Source: Candidatus Latescibacterota bacterium (GTDB taxonomy: Bacteria; Krumholzibacteriota; Krumholzibacteriia; WVZY01). From it: a stretch of 64,000 bases of DNA. The notes beneath the pieces were generated by a model. The model did not search any database, was not told the DNA's origin, and worked only from the letters and a program-made list of their open reading frames with translations. The translations under genes and the position numbers were made by a program. The stretch lies in assembly GCA_963791045.1 (NCBI GenBank), contig CAWBQK010000007.1, positions 220,524-284,523 of the forward strand. Direction: 5' to 3'. Position 1 is the stretch's first letter. Each line of letters opens with the position of its first letter. This document shows positions 52,997 through 62,700 of this stretch, one piece after another.

Positions 52997-53926
52997 CTAA
53001 TTTCAAACCCAATTATTGATGGCTATTATGCAGATCCATTGATTGTAAGGTACAATGACACCTACTATATCTATGCAACCATTGATCCCTGGGGAGGAGA
53101 AGAATTGGGTGTGCTTGAATCAAAGGATTTCATTAACTGGGAGCAAAAACACTTTAATTGGCCAACAAAAAAAACTTGCACAAGTGAAACTTCTGGTGAT
53201 GCCATGGTCTGGGCACCTTCAGTTATTAGAGCTGGAAACGGCAAGTTTTATATGTACGTTTCAGTGGGGAGTGAAATTTGGACAGGTGTAGGCGACCATC
53301 CCCTAGGTCCCTGGAAAAATGCCAAAGATGATAACAGCCCATTGATTCATAGAAACTACTTTCCCAGGTATCACATGATCGATGTCCAGTGTTTTATCGA
53401 TGAAGATGGTATGATTTATTTGTACTGGGGTTCTGGTCTTGATTGGATTATCGGTGCCTGCTTTGTAGTGGAACTTGAAGGTGATATGGTGACGTTTAAA
53501 TCAGAACCCAGAAATATTACCCCTCCAAATTATTTTGAGGGGCCGTTCATGCTAACAAAAAATGGGACACACTATCTGATGTACTCAGACGGTAAAGACA
53601 TTGATGCAACATATAAGATTCGATATTCAACCGGAAAAACACCTTTTGGATCGTGGTAGGAAGGAAAAAACAGTCCTATTTTATCAACATCGGCGGACAG
53701 TACTACGTATGGCTCCGGGCTTCATTCTGTATTTGTGGAAAATAACCAGGCTTATCTGCTTTCTCAACGAATATATCCTCAGGAAAAAGAACTTGGAATG
53801 AGACAATTATGTGTTGAAAGATTGAATTTTGACAACAATGGAGATATACTTAAAGTAAATCCGAAAGGTGTGACGTACTTTGTAAAAAAATACATGGGAA
53901 GGCTACATATCGAGTTGAACGAATGA
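52997..53926 (+). pseudogene. GH43 glycoside hydrolase with an internal TAG and a decayed 5' end
   Basis: NPIIDGYYADP, WAPS, YFEGP; in-frame TAG at 53657-59 with the frame continuing EGKNSPIL...; in-frame stops at 52982 and 52994 upstream. Confidence 0.75.
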
Positions 53927-53951
53927 ATTCTGGAAGTGGGGAATATAAGGG

Positions 53952-55202
53952 TTATTCCTGGTAGTCAGGCTTCCCGACTTTTCCCATGAAAAGGATGGCT
54001 CCGGTGGAGTTCTCCTTAATTACATACAGGAAGGGTTTGTCAACCCTGAAGATGGGGGTGGAGTCTCCACCGGCGGAGGTTAGGCTTATTTCCACGATGG
54101 TGGCAGCAGCGGCTTCGGTGCCTTCTTCCTGTACATCGATGAATGTTTGGTGGATGACCCTCGATATATAAAGATCTGCTCCCGGTGTGATCCTTGAAAA
54201 ATCTGCGTCATCAGAGAAGGCGATTCCGAGTCCCAGGTCAATCAAAGGATCATTCAACAGTGCTTTAAACCCGTACTTGAATTTGGGCAGTTCGATCTGT
54301 ACATTTCGGACCGTTGGGTTCTCGAACCAGGAATTCCAGCTAGAATGATCCATCAGACTGATGATATCCTCAGTAGTCCTTTCCCCCGTGGGGAGCATAA
54401 CGACCATACTGAATGTACTGTCGCCATAAGGCATTTCCACGGCTGAAAAAACTTCATTGACCGTGTAATTGAAGCCCCCTTTTACCTTCATGAAATCAAC
54501 AGGGTGGGTGCCCCCGCCATCCAGGTAAAAAGATCCCTCCGCCGTCTGGCTTTTATCGAACTCGTACTTCCAGGAGGCATTGAAATAAATCGCGTTGATC
54601 AGGTACATAACAGCATCCGATGGTATATAGTCCAGCATATCCTTGATTTTGCCATTGGTCTTATCTTCGATCCAAGCGTTGATGATATCGACCGCCTGTG
54701 GATCCGAGAAATTAAGTTCCCTCACCGCCGCATCGAAATAGGATTGGTTTGTGTTAACGAACTCATCAAGCACGTAGTAACCAAGCTTATAACAGATGCT
54801 GTTGGCGATTGAAAATTCAACTTTGTCATCAAGCCGGACCAGCTGGTCCATCAGATCCTTGTAACTCTGATTAACCTCCATATTGCTCAGATCACCAAAA
54901 TGCAGCACATCATAAAAAGCATCCAGCGTTGTTCCACTTGCTCCGTTCATGGTCATGCCCAGGGCATAGGAAACACTGAGCGGGGATATCATGAAATTAT
55001 CCTCTTCACTGATGGCATTGACCTTTCCGAAGAGCTCAAAAGCAAACTGCTGGTCCGCTTCGAGGATCTGTTCAGATTTATAATTCAGGGTTATTTTGGC
55101 AGGATCCTTCTGCACCGGTTCAGAATTTTCACAGGAAGTTGTGATCCCAACAAACAGGAGGATTATTATCGGGAGGATTATATGTGTTTTGATTCGTTTC
55201 AT
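53952..55202 (-). CDS. Lipoprotein serpin (inhibitory-type)
   Basis: ITTS|C lipobox; SPLS, IN.W....T.GKI, NAIYF...W, EEGTEAAAAT hinge, F.VDKPF. Confidence 0.95.
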   Translation of the reverse strand: MKRIKTHIILPIIILLFVGITTSCENSEPVQKDPAKITLNYKSEQILEADQQFAFELFGKVNAISEEDNFMISPLSVSYALGMTMNGASGTTLDAFYDVLHFGDLSNMEVNQSYKDLMDQLVRLDDKVEFSIANSICYKLGYYVLDEFVNTNQSYFDAAVRELNFSDPQAVDIINAWIEDKTNGKIKDMLDYIPSDAVMYLINAIYFNASWKYEFDKSQTAEGSFYLDGGGTHPVDFMKVKGGFNYTVNEVFSAVEMPYGDSTFSMVVMLPTGERTTEDIISLMDHSSWNSWFENPTVRNVQIELPKFKYGFKALLNDPLIDLGLGIAFSDDADFSRITPGADLYISRVIHQTFIDVQEEGTEAAAATIVEISLTSAGGDSTPIFRVDKPFLYVIKENSTGAILFMGKVGKPDYQE

Positions 55203-55230
55203 GATCTATTTATAATAGGTTCAGTTTAAT

Positions 55231-55256
55231 GACGCAAGAAGAGGGCTAAGGGTTGC
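55231..55256 (-). promoter_or_regulatory. ECF-type promoter upstream of the serpin
   Basis: Minus strand GCAAC-N17-CGTC, ~30 nt before the ATG. Confidence 0.45.
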
Positions 55257-55436
55257 GTGTTGTTATACCTTGTCTCGTGTTATCAAAATGTTAAATGGGT
55301 TCAAACAGTTTGATATGAAAACTAAGGATCTTCAAGGACATACCAGCAAAAGACCGGAAGAAACAGATCAGTGATCACCTTCCCCTCTGGGCCGAGTTCA
55401 AGATAAATGAGCTTACCCAGCAATTAACGCAAATTA

Positions 55437-55649
55437 TCAATCCTTAATTGGCTCTGTGGATTTTAATGTAGATTTTCCTGAAGCCCGGCGTTTTTCCAGC
55501 AAAACCTCATGAGCTTCATCTGATCCGTCAAAAAAACTGCCGAACCATTTGTCGAGGGGCACGGATTCGTGGCCGAAGTTGACGGTAAAGAATCTGTGAT
55601 GAAGATAGTGGAAGTAATTATCCCTCTTTCCCCAAACTACATCAGACAT
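55437..55649 (-). pseudogene. C-terminal fragment of a sterol desaturase / fatty acid hydroxylase family gene
   Basis: HYLHHRFFTVNFG...PLDKWFGSF.DG third His-box; no 5' part upstream. Confidence 0.6.
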
Positions 55650-55857
55650 GGCTTAGATCTTTGATTAGAAAATCCTTGTATCCCTTATAAAAATTTGCCG
55701 GATATATTTTCAACTGCTGTAAATATAGTATTCTGAGGGAATGTAAGCAACAGGCCGGTAAACACAATAAGCCCACTGGGGGCAATTTATCCTCTTCGAT
55801 TTAATACAACAGTACATGTAAAACTGCTATCTTCAGGATTTATTTGCTCACAAATCA

Positions 55858-57048
55858 TTGAATAAAGTTTTCCTTTTTATAAGTCATTTTCGAGAGGTCC
55901 GAGAGACCATCAAACTGCCTGTTTTTTATCTGCTGCTGGCTGGTTCATTTGCCGGGTGGCAGACGCTTTACAATGTGCATCTCGACAGCATTGGGTATAC
56001 CAGTATTCAGATTGGATCGCTGAATGCGCTCTTCATTTCCACATCAGCCATTGTGGTACCTTTCTGGGGCATGCTTGCCGATAAATTCGGAAATAACCGT
56101 GTCCTGCTGTTGCTTACTTCTGTAGCTGGCTTGTTTGTGTTTTTCATTGGCAAGACGATGGTTTTTCATTGGATGCTCATATTCATATTTGTAATATCCA
56201 TCTTTCATCAACCGGGTGGGGCGGTACTGGATGGAATGACATTGGGTTTAATCCGTGGAAATCCCAAATATTCATATGGTCAGTTTCGGCTCTGGGCTTC
56301 TGCAGGCTATGCTGTTTCTGCGCTGGTAGTGGGCTATTCTGCAAGGAATAATACGGGGATCATATTCAATATTTCAGCATTGCTGTTTTTGCTTTTATCG
56401 GTTTTCAATCTGATTACCATGCCGGTCAGGCCTGTAACCGAAAGGAACCTGGTGAATTTCAAAAGTTTCGCCATCTTCTTTAAAAACAGGAAACTGCTGA
56501 TCTTTCTTGTAATTATCTTTCTCTACGGGATAGCGGTCTCACCACTTCATCAATTCATCAATCTGTATTATAAAGATATAGGTTCAGGAAGTTCTTTCAT
56601 CGGACTGGTCTTTTTCTTGCAGGCAGGCTTCGAGATACCCTCCTTCCTTTTGGGAGTGAGGTTGGTCCGGAAAATGAAACCAGAAAGGATCATCCTTTTT
56701 TCAATGCTGATTTCCGCCATGAGGATGGTTTTGTATGGATTTATTTCAGTCCCTGAAATCGCCGTTTACCTGAGCCTTTTTCATGGCGTTACCATTGCTT
56801 TCTTTCTTATCGGAGTGGTGGAGTATGTCCAGCGACACACCCCGGATCATCTTCGCACCACAGGCCAGGCACTTATCTGGGCATTTCATTTTGGGGCAGG
56901 AGTGACCCTCGGGAATTTGATGCTGGGGTATTTACGCGATCATGGTGGAATGCTGAAAGCCATGCATATTCACGCAATCATAGCAATGGTTATGGTTGCT
57001 GGCACAGCGTGGTTTTTTCAGCGATTCAGGGATGAGGTCATTAACTAA
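55858..57048 (+). CDS. MFS transporter
   Basis: ~12 TM helices, WGMLADKFG motif A, YGQFRLWAS.GY, EIP. Confidence 0.88.
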   Translation: MNKVFLFISHFREVRETIKLPVFYLLLAGSFAGWQTLYNVHLDSIGYTSIQIGSLNALFISTSAIVVPFWGMLADKFGNNRVLLLLTSVAGLFVFFIGKTMVFHWMLIFIFVISIFHQPGGAVLDGMTLGLIRGNPKYSYGQFRLWASAGYAVSALVVGYSARNNTGIIFNISALLFLLLSVFNLITMPVRPVTERNLVNFKSFAIFFKNRKLLIFLVIIFLYGIAVSPLHQFINLYYKDIGSGSSFIGLVFFLQAGFEIPSFLLGVRLVRKMKPERIILFSMLISAMRMVLYGFISVPEIAVYLSLFHGVTIAFFLIGVVEYVQRHTPDHLRTTGQALIWAFHFGAGVTLGNLMLGYLRDHGGMLKAMHIHAIIAMVMVAGTAWFFQRFRDEVIN

Positions 57049-57103
57049 AAGTTTTCATCAAGTTGATCAATCAAGATATTTAGATTTATTCTAAATAGGA
57101 TGT

Positions 57104-57111
57104 TATATTTG
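57104..57111 (+). promoter_or_regulatory. Bacteroidota housekeeping -7 element
   Basis: TATATTTG matches TAnnTTTG, 33 nt before the TTG start at 57144. Confidence 0.55.
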
Positions 57112-57143
57112 TAATCGAATCAATTTAAGAAGTATTTATTGTT

Positions 57144-58937
57144 TTGAATCCGATCTCCAAATCAAGCGCTTATAAGCTCACAGGCTTTGTATTTGTTGTT
57201 CTGCTTTCAGTACCAATATTTCTGGAATATCTAAGTAACAGGAACGATAAAAAATCCCTCGGCTTAAAAACTGAATCTGCGTTGGAGCGATTTGGTTTTT
57301 TCCTGCAGGAGGTTTCTCAGAAATCAGGAGTAGATTTTATACACTTTTCACCCCGGCTCGATCCCCTGTTTGAACCTATCTTACCCCAGATCGCCTCCAT
57401 GGGTGCCTCTGTTTCTGTTTGTGATTTCGACAATGATGGATGGAATGATTTTTATGTAACCAACAGTCGTTACAACAGTAAAAACTCACTTTACCACAAT
57501 CAACAAGATGGTAGTTTTATTGATGTGGCACCTGGGTTTGGACTTGCTGATTTGAATAAAGAAGGAAGAGGTACTTCCATGGGTTCAGTATGGGCAGATA
57601 TTGATAACGATGGTTATGAGGATATACTAATCTATAAGTGGGGTAAACCTGAACTATTTAGAAACGAGCAGGGCAAGGCTTTTACCAACATAACTTCAAA
57701 CAGTGGCTTGCCAGATTGGATCAATTCAAATGCAGCCATTTGGCTTGATTACAATGCAGATGGTTATATTGACCTGTTTATTGGTGGCTATTTTCCAGAA
57801 GACATTGATTTGTGGAATATTGAGCATACCTCAATCCTGACAGAGAGTTTCGAATACTCTCAAAATGGAGGCCGTAATTTTTTACTGGAAAACATTGGTA
57901 AAGGAAGGTTTATGGATGTTAGCCAAGGAGCAGGGCTGAATTCTACCCGGTGGACCCTGGCTGCCTGCGCTGCAGATATTAATGAAGATGGGTATCCAGA
58001 ATTAATTGTAGCCAATGATTATGGTGTAGACGAATTTTATTACAACAATAATGGTGAAGGTTTTATCGAAGACGGTGTTTCGACAAACATTGGCTTCTCA
58101 CCTAAAAGTGGTATGAATGTAAGTATGGGAGACATACACAATGATGGTCATCTGGGAATATATATATCGAATATTACCGAGGATGGAATTTTATTGCAGG
58201 GAAACAACCTTTGGATTCCTTCTGTCGATCCTGATAAAACCAGCTATGTAAACCTGGCGGTAGCCAAGGGCGTTGTGAACGGAGGCTGGAGTTACGGAGC
58301 CCAGTTTGGCGATCTGAACAATGATGGATTCAATGATCTGTTTCTGGCAAATGGCTTCATATCGGCTCAGAATGGAAGGGATTACTGGTATGATTATTCC
58401 AAGGTTACCGGTGGTAATTCTGCTATTATATCAGATATTCATAACTGGCCTGCCATGAAGGGCCGAAGCCAGTCCGGGTATCAAAAGAACAAGATATGGA
58501 TAAGCCACGAATCGCAATACTTTGAAGATGCTTCTGAATTTGTAACGGACAATCAAACCTATGACAGCCGTGCGGTGGCTTTTGTAGATCTTTGGAACCG
58601 CGGAGTGCTGGATGTTATTGTGGCCAATCAGAATAACAGACTGCTGATTTATGAGAACACAGTTAATGAAGAACATAACTGGATCGCGTTTATGCTGGAG
58701 GGAACCCAGTCGAATAAGAGTGCCATCGGTGGTTTTGTAAGCGTTTTTTGGGATGGGCAGGTACAGACACAGATAATAACCGGTGGCATGGGATTTAGTT
58801 CTCAGAACCAGCGCAGGCTTCAATTTGGACTTGGGAAAGCCAAAGGGGTAGATAAGGTTCAAATCCTTTGGCCAGCAGGTTCCATGCAGGAAATTGCAAA
58901 TCCGGAAATAGGAAAAGTACATAAACTCAAGGAGTAG
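57144..58937 (+). CDS. CRTAC1-family protein (FG-GAP/VCBS repeats plus ASPIC/UnbV domain)
   Basis: Repeated DxDNDGxxD motifs, N-terminal TM anchor, C-terminal SAIG...GF.SQ...L.FGLG...WP.G. Confidence 0.88.
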   Translation: MNPISKSSAYKLTGFVFVVLLSVPIFLEYLSNRNDKKSLGLKTESALERFGFFLQEVSQKSGVDFIHFSPRLDPLFEPILPQIASMGASVSVCDFDNDGWNDFYVTNSRYNSKNSLYHNQQDGSFIDVAPGFGLADLNKEGRGTSMGSVWADIDNDGYEDILIYKWGKPELFRNEQGKAFTNITSNSGLPDWINSNAAIWLDYNADGYIDLFIGGYFPEDIDLWNIEHTSILTESFEYSQNGGRNFLLENIGKGRFMDVSQGAGLNSTRWTLAACAADINEDGYPELIVANDYGVDEFYYNNNGEGFIEDGVSTNIGFSPKSGMNVSMGDIHNDGHLGIYISNITEDGILLQGNNLWIPSVDPDKTSYVNLAVAKGVVNGGWSYGAQFGDLNNDGFNDLFLANGFISAQNGRDYWYDYSKVTGGNSAIISDIHNWPAMKGRSQSGYQKNKIWISHESQYFEDASEFVTDNQTYDSRAVAFVDLWNRGVLDVIVANQNNRLLIYENTVNEEHNWIAFMLEGTQSNKSAIGGFVSVFWDGQVQTQIITGGMGFSSQNQRRLQFGLGKAKGVDKVQILWPAGSMQEIANPEIGKVHKLKE

Positions 58938-58939
58938 AA

Positions 58940-59773
58940 ATGACAAATTCTGTAAATCATACAGGAGGAAAGATTAAGGATTCATTTCGATCCCTGATAC
59001 AGTTTCGTTATGTACCCTCTATATTTATCAGCATTATCCTTCTAACAGGCCACTTTACCTTTGGCATCCTGGAAAGTTATGAGGCTATTTTACTCGCTGT
59101 TGGATCTGCCATGGCCACTGATCTAATCCTTTCCCGGTTCATTCTTGGTAAATGGAAAAATGTATCCAGTGCATACATCAGTGGAATTAGTGTAAGTATC
59201 CTTATTCGTTCGATCTTGCTTTGGCCGTTTGCATTTGTATCGATCATTTCAATAGCCTCAAAATACATATTACGCTATAAGAACCGTCATATCTGGAATC
59301 CATCAAATTTTGGCATAAGCTGGTTCTTGTTTTTTGCTCCTTCTGCTGTATCCGGACTGAGTATTCAATGGGGTAATAATATCCTTCCAATGCTGGTCAT
59401 CTGGATACTTGGCCTTTTTATAGTTATACGGGCAAAAAGATTTCATATCAGCCTGACTTACGTAGCCGGTTTTATTCTTTTTTCTTATTTGCGGAGCCTT
59501 ATTACAGGAGCAAATTTCTTTACTGAGCTTGCTCCTCTCACCGGTCCCATGTATCAGCTTTTCGTTTTTTTTATGATTACCGATCCTGCAACTACGGTTG
59601 GCAATAAAAAAGGCCAAATACTGGTAGCCTTTCTAATTGCCCTGGTAGAATTTGTATTACGGCTTAACCAGTTTATCTATGCTCCCTTTTATTCTCTGTT
59701 TCTGGTAGGCCCAATTGCCATGGTAATTCATCTGAAAATCAAGCATAACGCGATGAAAAATACCTCCGGGTAA
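58940..59773 (+). CDS. UnbU-like (RnfD/NqrB-related) polytopic membrane protein
   Basis: SKY.L....HIWNPSNFGI and FFMITDPATT motifs; 2 bp after the UnbV-like gene. Confidence 0.75.
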   Translation: MTNSVNHTGGKIKDSFRSLIQFRYVPSIFISIILLTGHFTFGILESYEAILLAVGSAMATDLILSRFILGKWKNVSSAYISGISVSILIRSILLWPFAFVSIISIASKYILRYKNRHIWNPSNFGISWFLFFAPSAVSGLSIQWGNNILPMLVIWILGLFIVIRAKRFHISLTYVAGFILFSYLRSLITGANFFTELAPLTGPMYQLFVFFMITDPATTVGNKKGQILVAFLIALVEFVLRLNQFIYAPFYSLFLVGPIAMVIHLKIKHNAMKNTSG

Positions 59774-59787
59774 AAAGATCTAATTGT

Positions 59788-62700
59788 TTAACGATCGGTT
59801 TTTAGAAATTTCAAACTCGATTGTCCCCTGTTTTTCCTGATGACAACCTGATAGATTCCCTGATTTAATTGTGATATGGGTATTGACAGGACATTTGTAT
59901 AATTTTCTCCAGTGGCATTGATGACCTGTCTTCCAAGCAAGTCAAATATAAGTACCTGGACATCCTGGCTAATACCTGATTCACAATATACATTAAGAAT
60001 ATCCGAACCTGGATTTGGATAGATGATATATGGATCTGACTGAGTGAAGACGTAATCATTATCTATTACTCCTGTAGCTCCATCAACCTGGATAGATTTT
60101 GTAAGATGGTTTGTCCCGCATTCATTAAATGAGGTAACTCCGATTTTACCACTTTTTGAACCAATGATAACATCTATCGAATTACTATCACTTACACCGA
60201 TCCAGCCTTCAGGTAAGATCCAAAGGTAGTCCGCTGAGGTATCTGTATTTACAGAATAGGTTTGCAAAGATCCCCGAGTTGGGCTCATCTGAGCCCTGAA
60301 TGATTGTGCCGATATCAGGTAACATTGCACAATCATCACATGCATCTCCTAAACCATCACGATCATTGTCGGATTGATCGTTGGGGATCAGCATGCAATT
60401 ATCCTTATAATCAGCAAATCCGTCGTTATCCGTATCATCCAGTTCACACAGATCTCCGATGCCATCCCCATCATAATCTGCCTGGCCGGGATTGTATACA
60501 TACACGCAATTATCTATATCATCAGCAATACCGTCATTGTCACTGTCTATGTTAGATGAGACAACAATGTTCACTTCCTTCTTTCCCAGGTTGTGGTCAG
60601 AATCCATTACCTGAAGCGATATCAAATGTGTCCCGGGGCTTAAACTGTCAACCAGAACATTATATTCCATACCGATCAGGCCATCAATATCCGACAGCCA
60701 TTGTATAGAATCAAGTTCGGAACCATCCTCCACATCAAAGGCGTAGCCTTCTAATGGGATCATTTGATTGGCATAAAATTGTCCATTATTCTCCGGCGAA
60801 AAGATCTCTACTTCCGGGATTTTTTCAGCAACTTCAAATGAACCATCTGAGTCATCGTAAGAGGACAGAACCCCATCTGAAGCAATGATCCTGATTTTTG
60901 ACTCGCTACTGCCAGGATAATCATCTGTATCCCATAAATAGCTCGTTCCAGTCTCATCAAGCGCAACAACTGTCCAGTTTAAACCATTATCCATGCTATA
61001 AAGGATGGTGAATTCAACAGTATCATTGTCGAGATCGCTGTATTCCCACCGTATGCGGCATGTATCATTGAGCATATCCCCTCCGTTGGGATAAAGGACA
61101 CTGATCAGGGGTTCATTTGCGCTTATATCACTGGAGAGTAAGGTCTGGTCCTCGTATTTTATTACTAATTTGCTTGCATTAGCCATAAAAGGTACCTTGA
61201 CGACAAAATTACTTCCTCCTCCGTCAACTTTATTTAGCGGACAAAACTTTTGCTCCAATAGGATGGCGGAATTTATATCCATCAGAATGATTGTGTAGTC
61301 ACAACCCGATTCATTACCCTCATTAATGTTTATATCGTAATCAATAATCTCAAAATTATCAATGGTTCCATTCTCGGAGATCATGCCTAAAATAGTGATG
61401 TATTCCTGGTTCTCATAATTGAATTTTAATTCCTTCTCCGGGTTTTCAGCACTTTTCTTATCGAGGGAAAAGTGATCCTCGTATATGCCCATATAGGTAT
61501 AAATTGATACCCATTCAGGTTCATCGTAAGACATAAAATCGTAGAACGAATCGGGTGCATAAGCATTGGTTCCATCAAATCCATATTTTTGGATACTGGA
61601 TGGGATGACCCTGTCACTGCAATAACTGCCGTCTGCATGACAATCCTGTACGGTTGTTGAAGGAAAGTCCTTATCAGTATCATCAGGATCTGCTTGAAAA
61701 GATGGAACATGATCACGTCCAAAATTATGTCCCAGTTCATGGGCTATCGGTATACCACTTCTGGGTGGACTTTGATAGTATGACCAGGACTCATCATCAT
61801 TGAAGAAAGCATATCCTCCTTTTCCTCCAAGATCACATTCCTGTATAATTGTACCAGCTTCACATACCAGGCCATGATATTTCAGATCATCTACAGGATC
61901 ATCAGTCTTGACATTCAAACGCCATATATTAAACATCAGCTCATTACCATTGCAGGAAGGATCCTTGTCAAAGTCTCGAACTGCTGATTTCCAGGTATTT
62001 ATCTCACTTAAAGGATAAACATTCCGGACATAATTGAGGCCTTCGAAGAATTGTGCAACTGTTGGGGTGCATGAAGAACCTCCGTCGATGACCTTCACTG
62101 GGACGAATACTATATTTAGTTCTTTGGCCGGGGTTAATCTAAGAGGAAAATCATCCGGACCATCATTAAAGGGATTAAGATCAGCCAGGCTGCTATTATT
62201 AAAGATATACATCCTGATATAGGGTGTGTCATCCCATTGCCAATTGCTCGGAATGATAAAATTTAATGTGTGATCGGGGTTGCCAGGATCCATATCAACA
62301 GTTGGAGGAGCATTCATGCTGTTGGTTGAGAACAAGGTTTTATCCATTAGCCTTCCGTTGACATAAGTGCTCATTGGCAGGCCATTCTGGTAATAAAATT
62401 TTATCATTCCACTAATCGGACCAATTTCTGTTTGTGCAGCCCCGACATCAAAATAGACCCTGATATGGGTGTTCTTGCCAGCAATTAGTGGGACACTTTG
62501 GTTTTCATCCTGTATGGCCTGGGTCAACTCTACCCTGATGGTTTTCAAATCAACCTCACAGGTATCGCCGATATTATTATGGTTGGCATCTGTTTGATCC
62601 GGGTTTGGTGTATTGGGACAATTATCCAGGTTGTCGGCCCAATCATCATCATCACTATCTATGCTGGAATTGCATGCATCACCAATACCGTCGCCGTCCA

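Noticed and set aside
53657..53659. Pyrrolysine or stop-codon readthrough in GH43
   Set aside because: There are additional upstream stops, no pyl genes are seen, and TAG serves as a normal stop nearby (45557, 58937).
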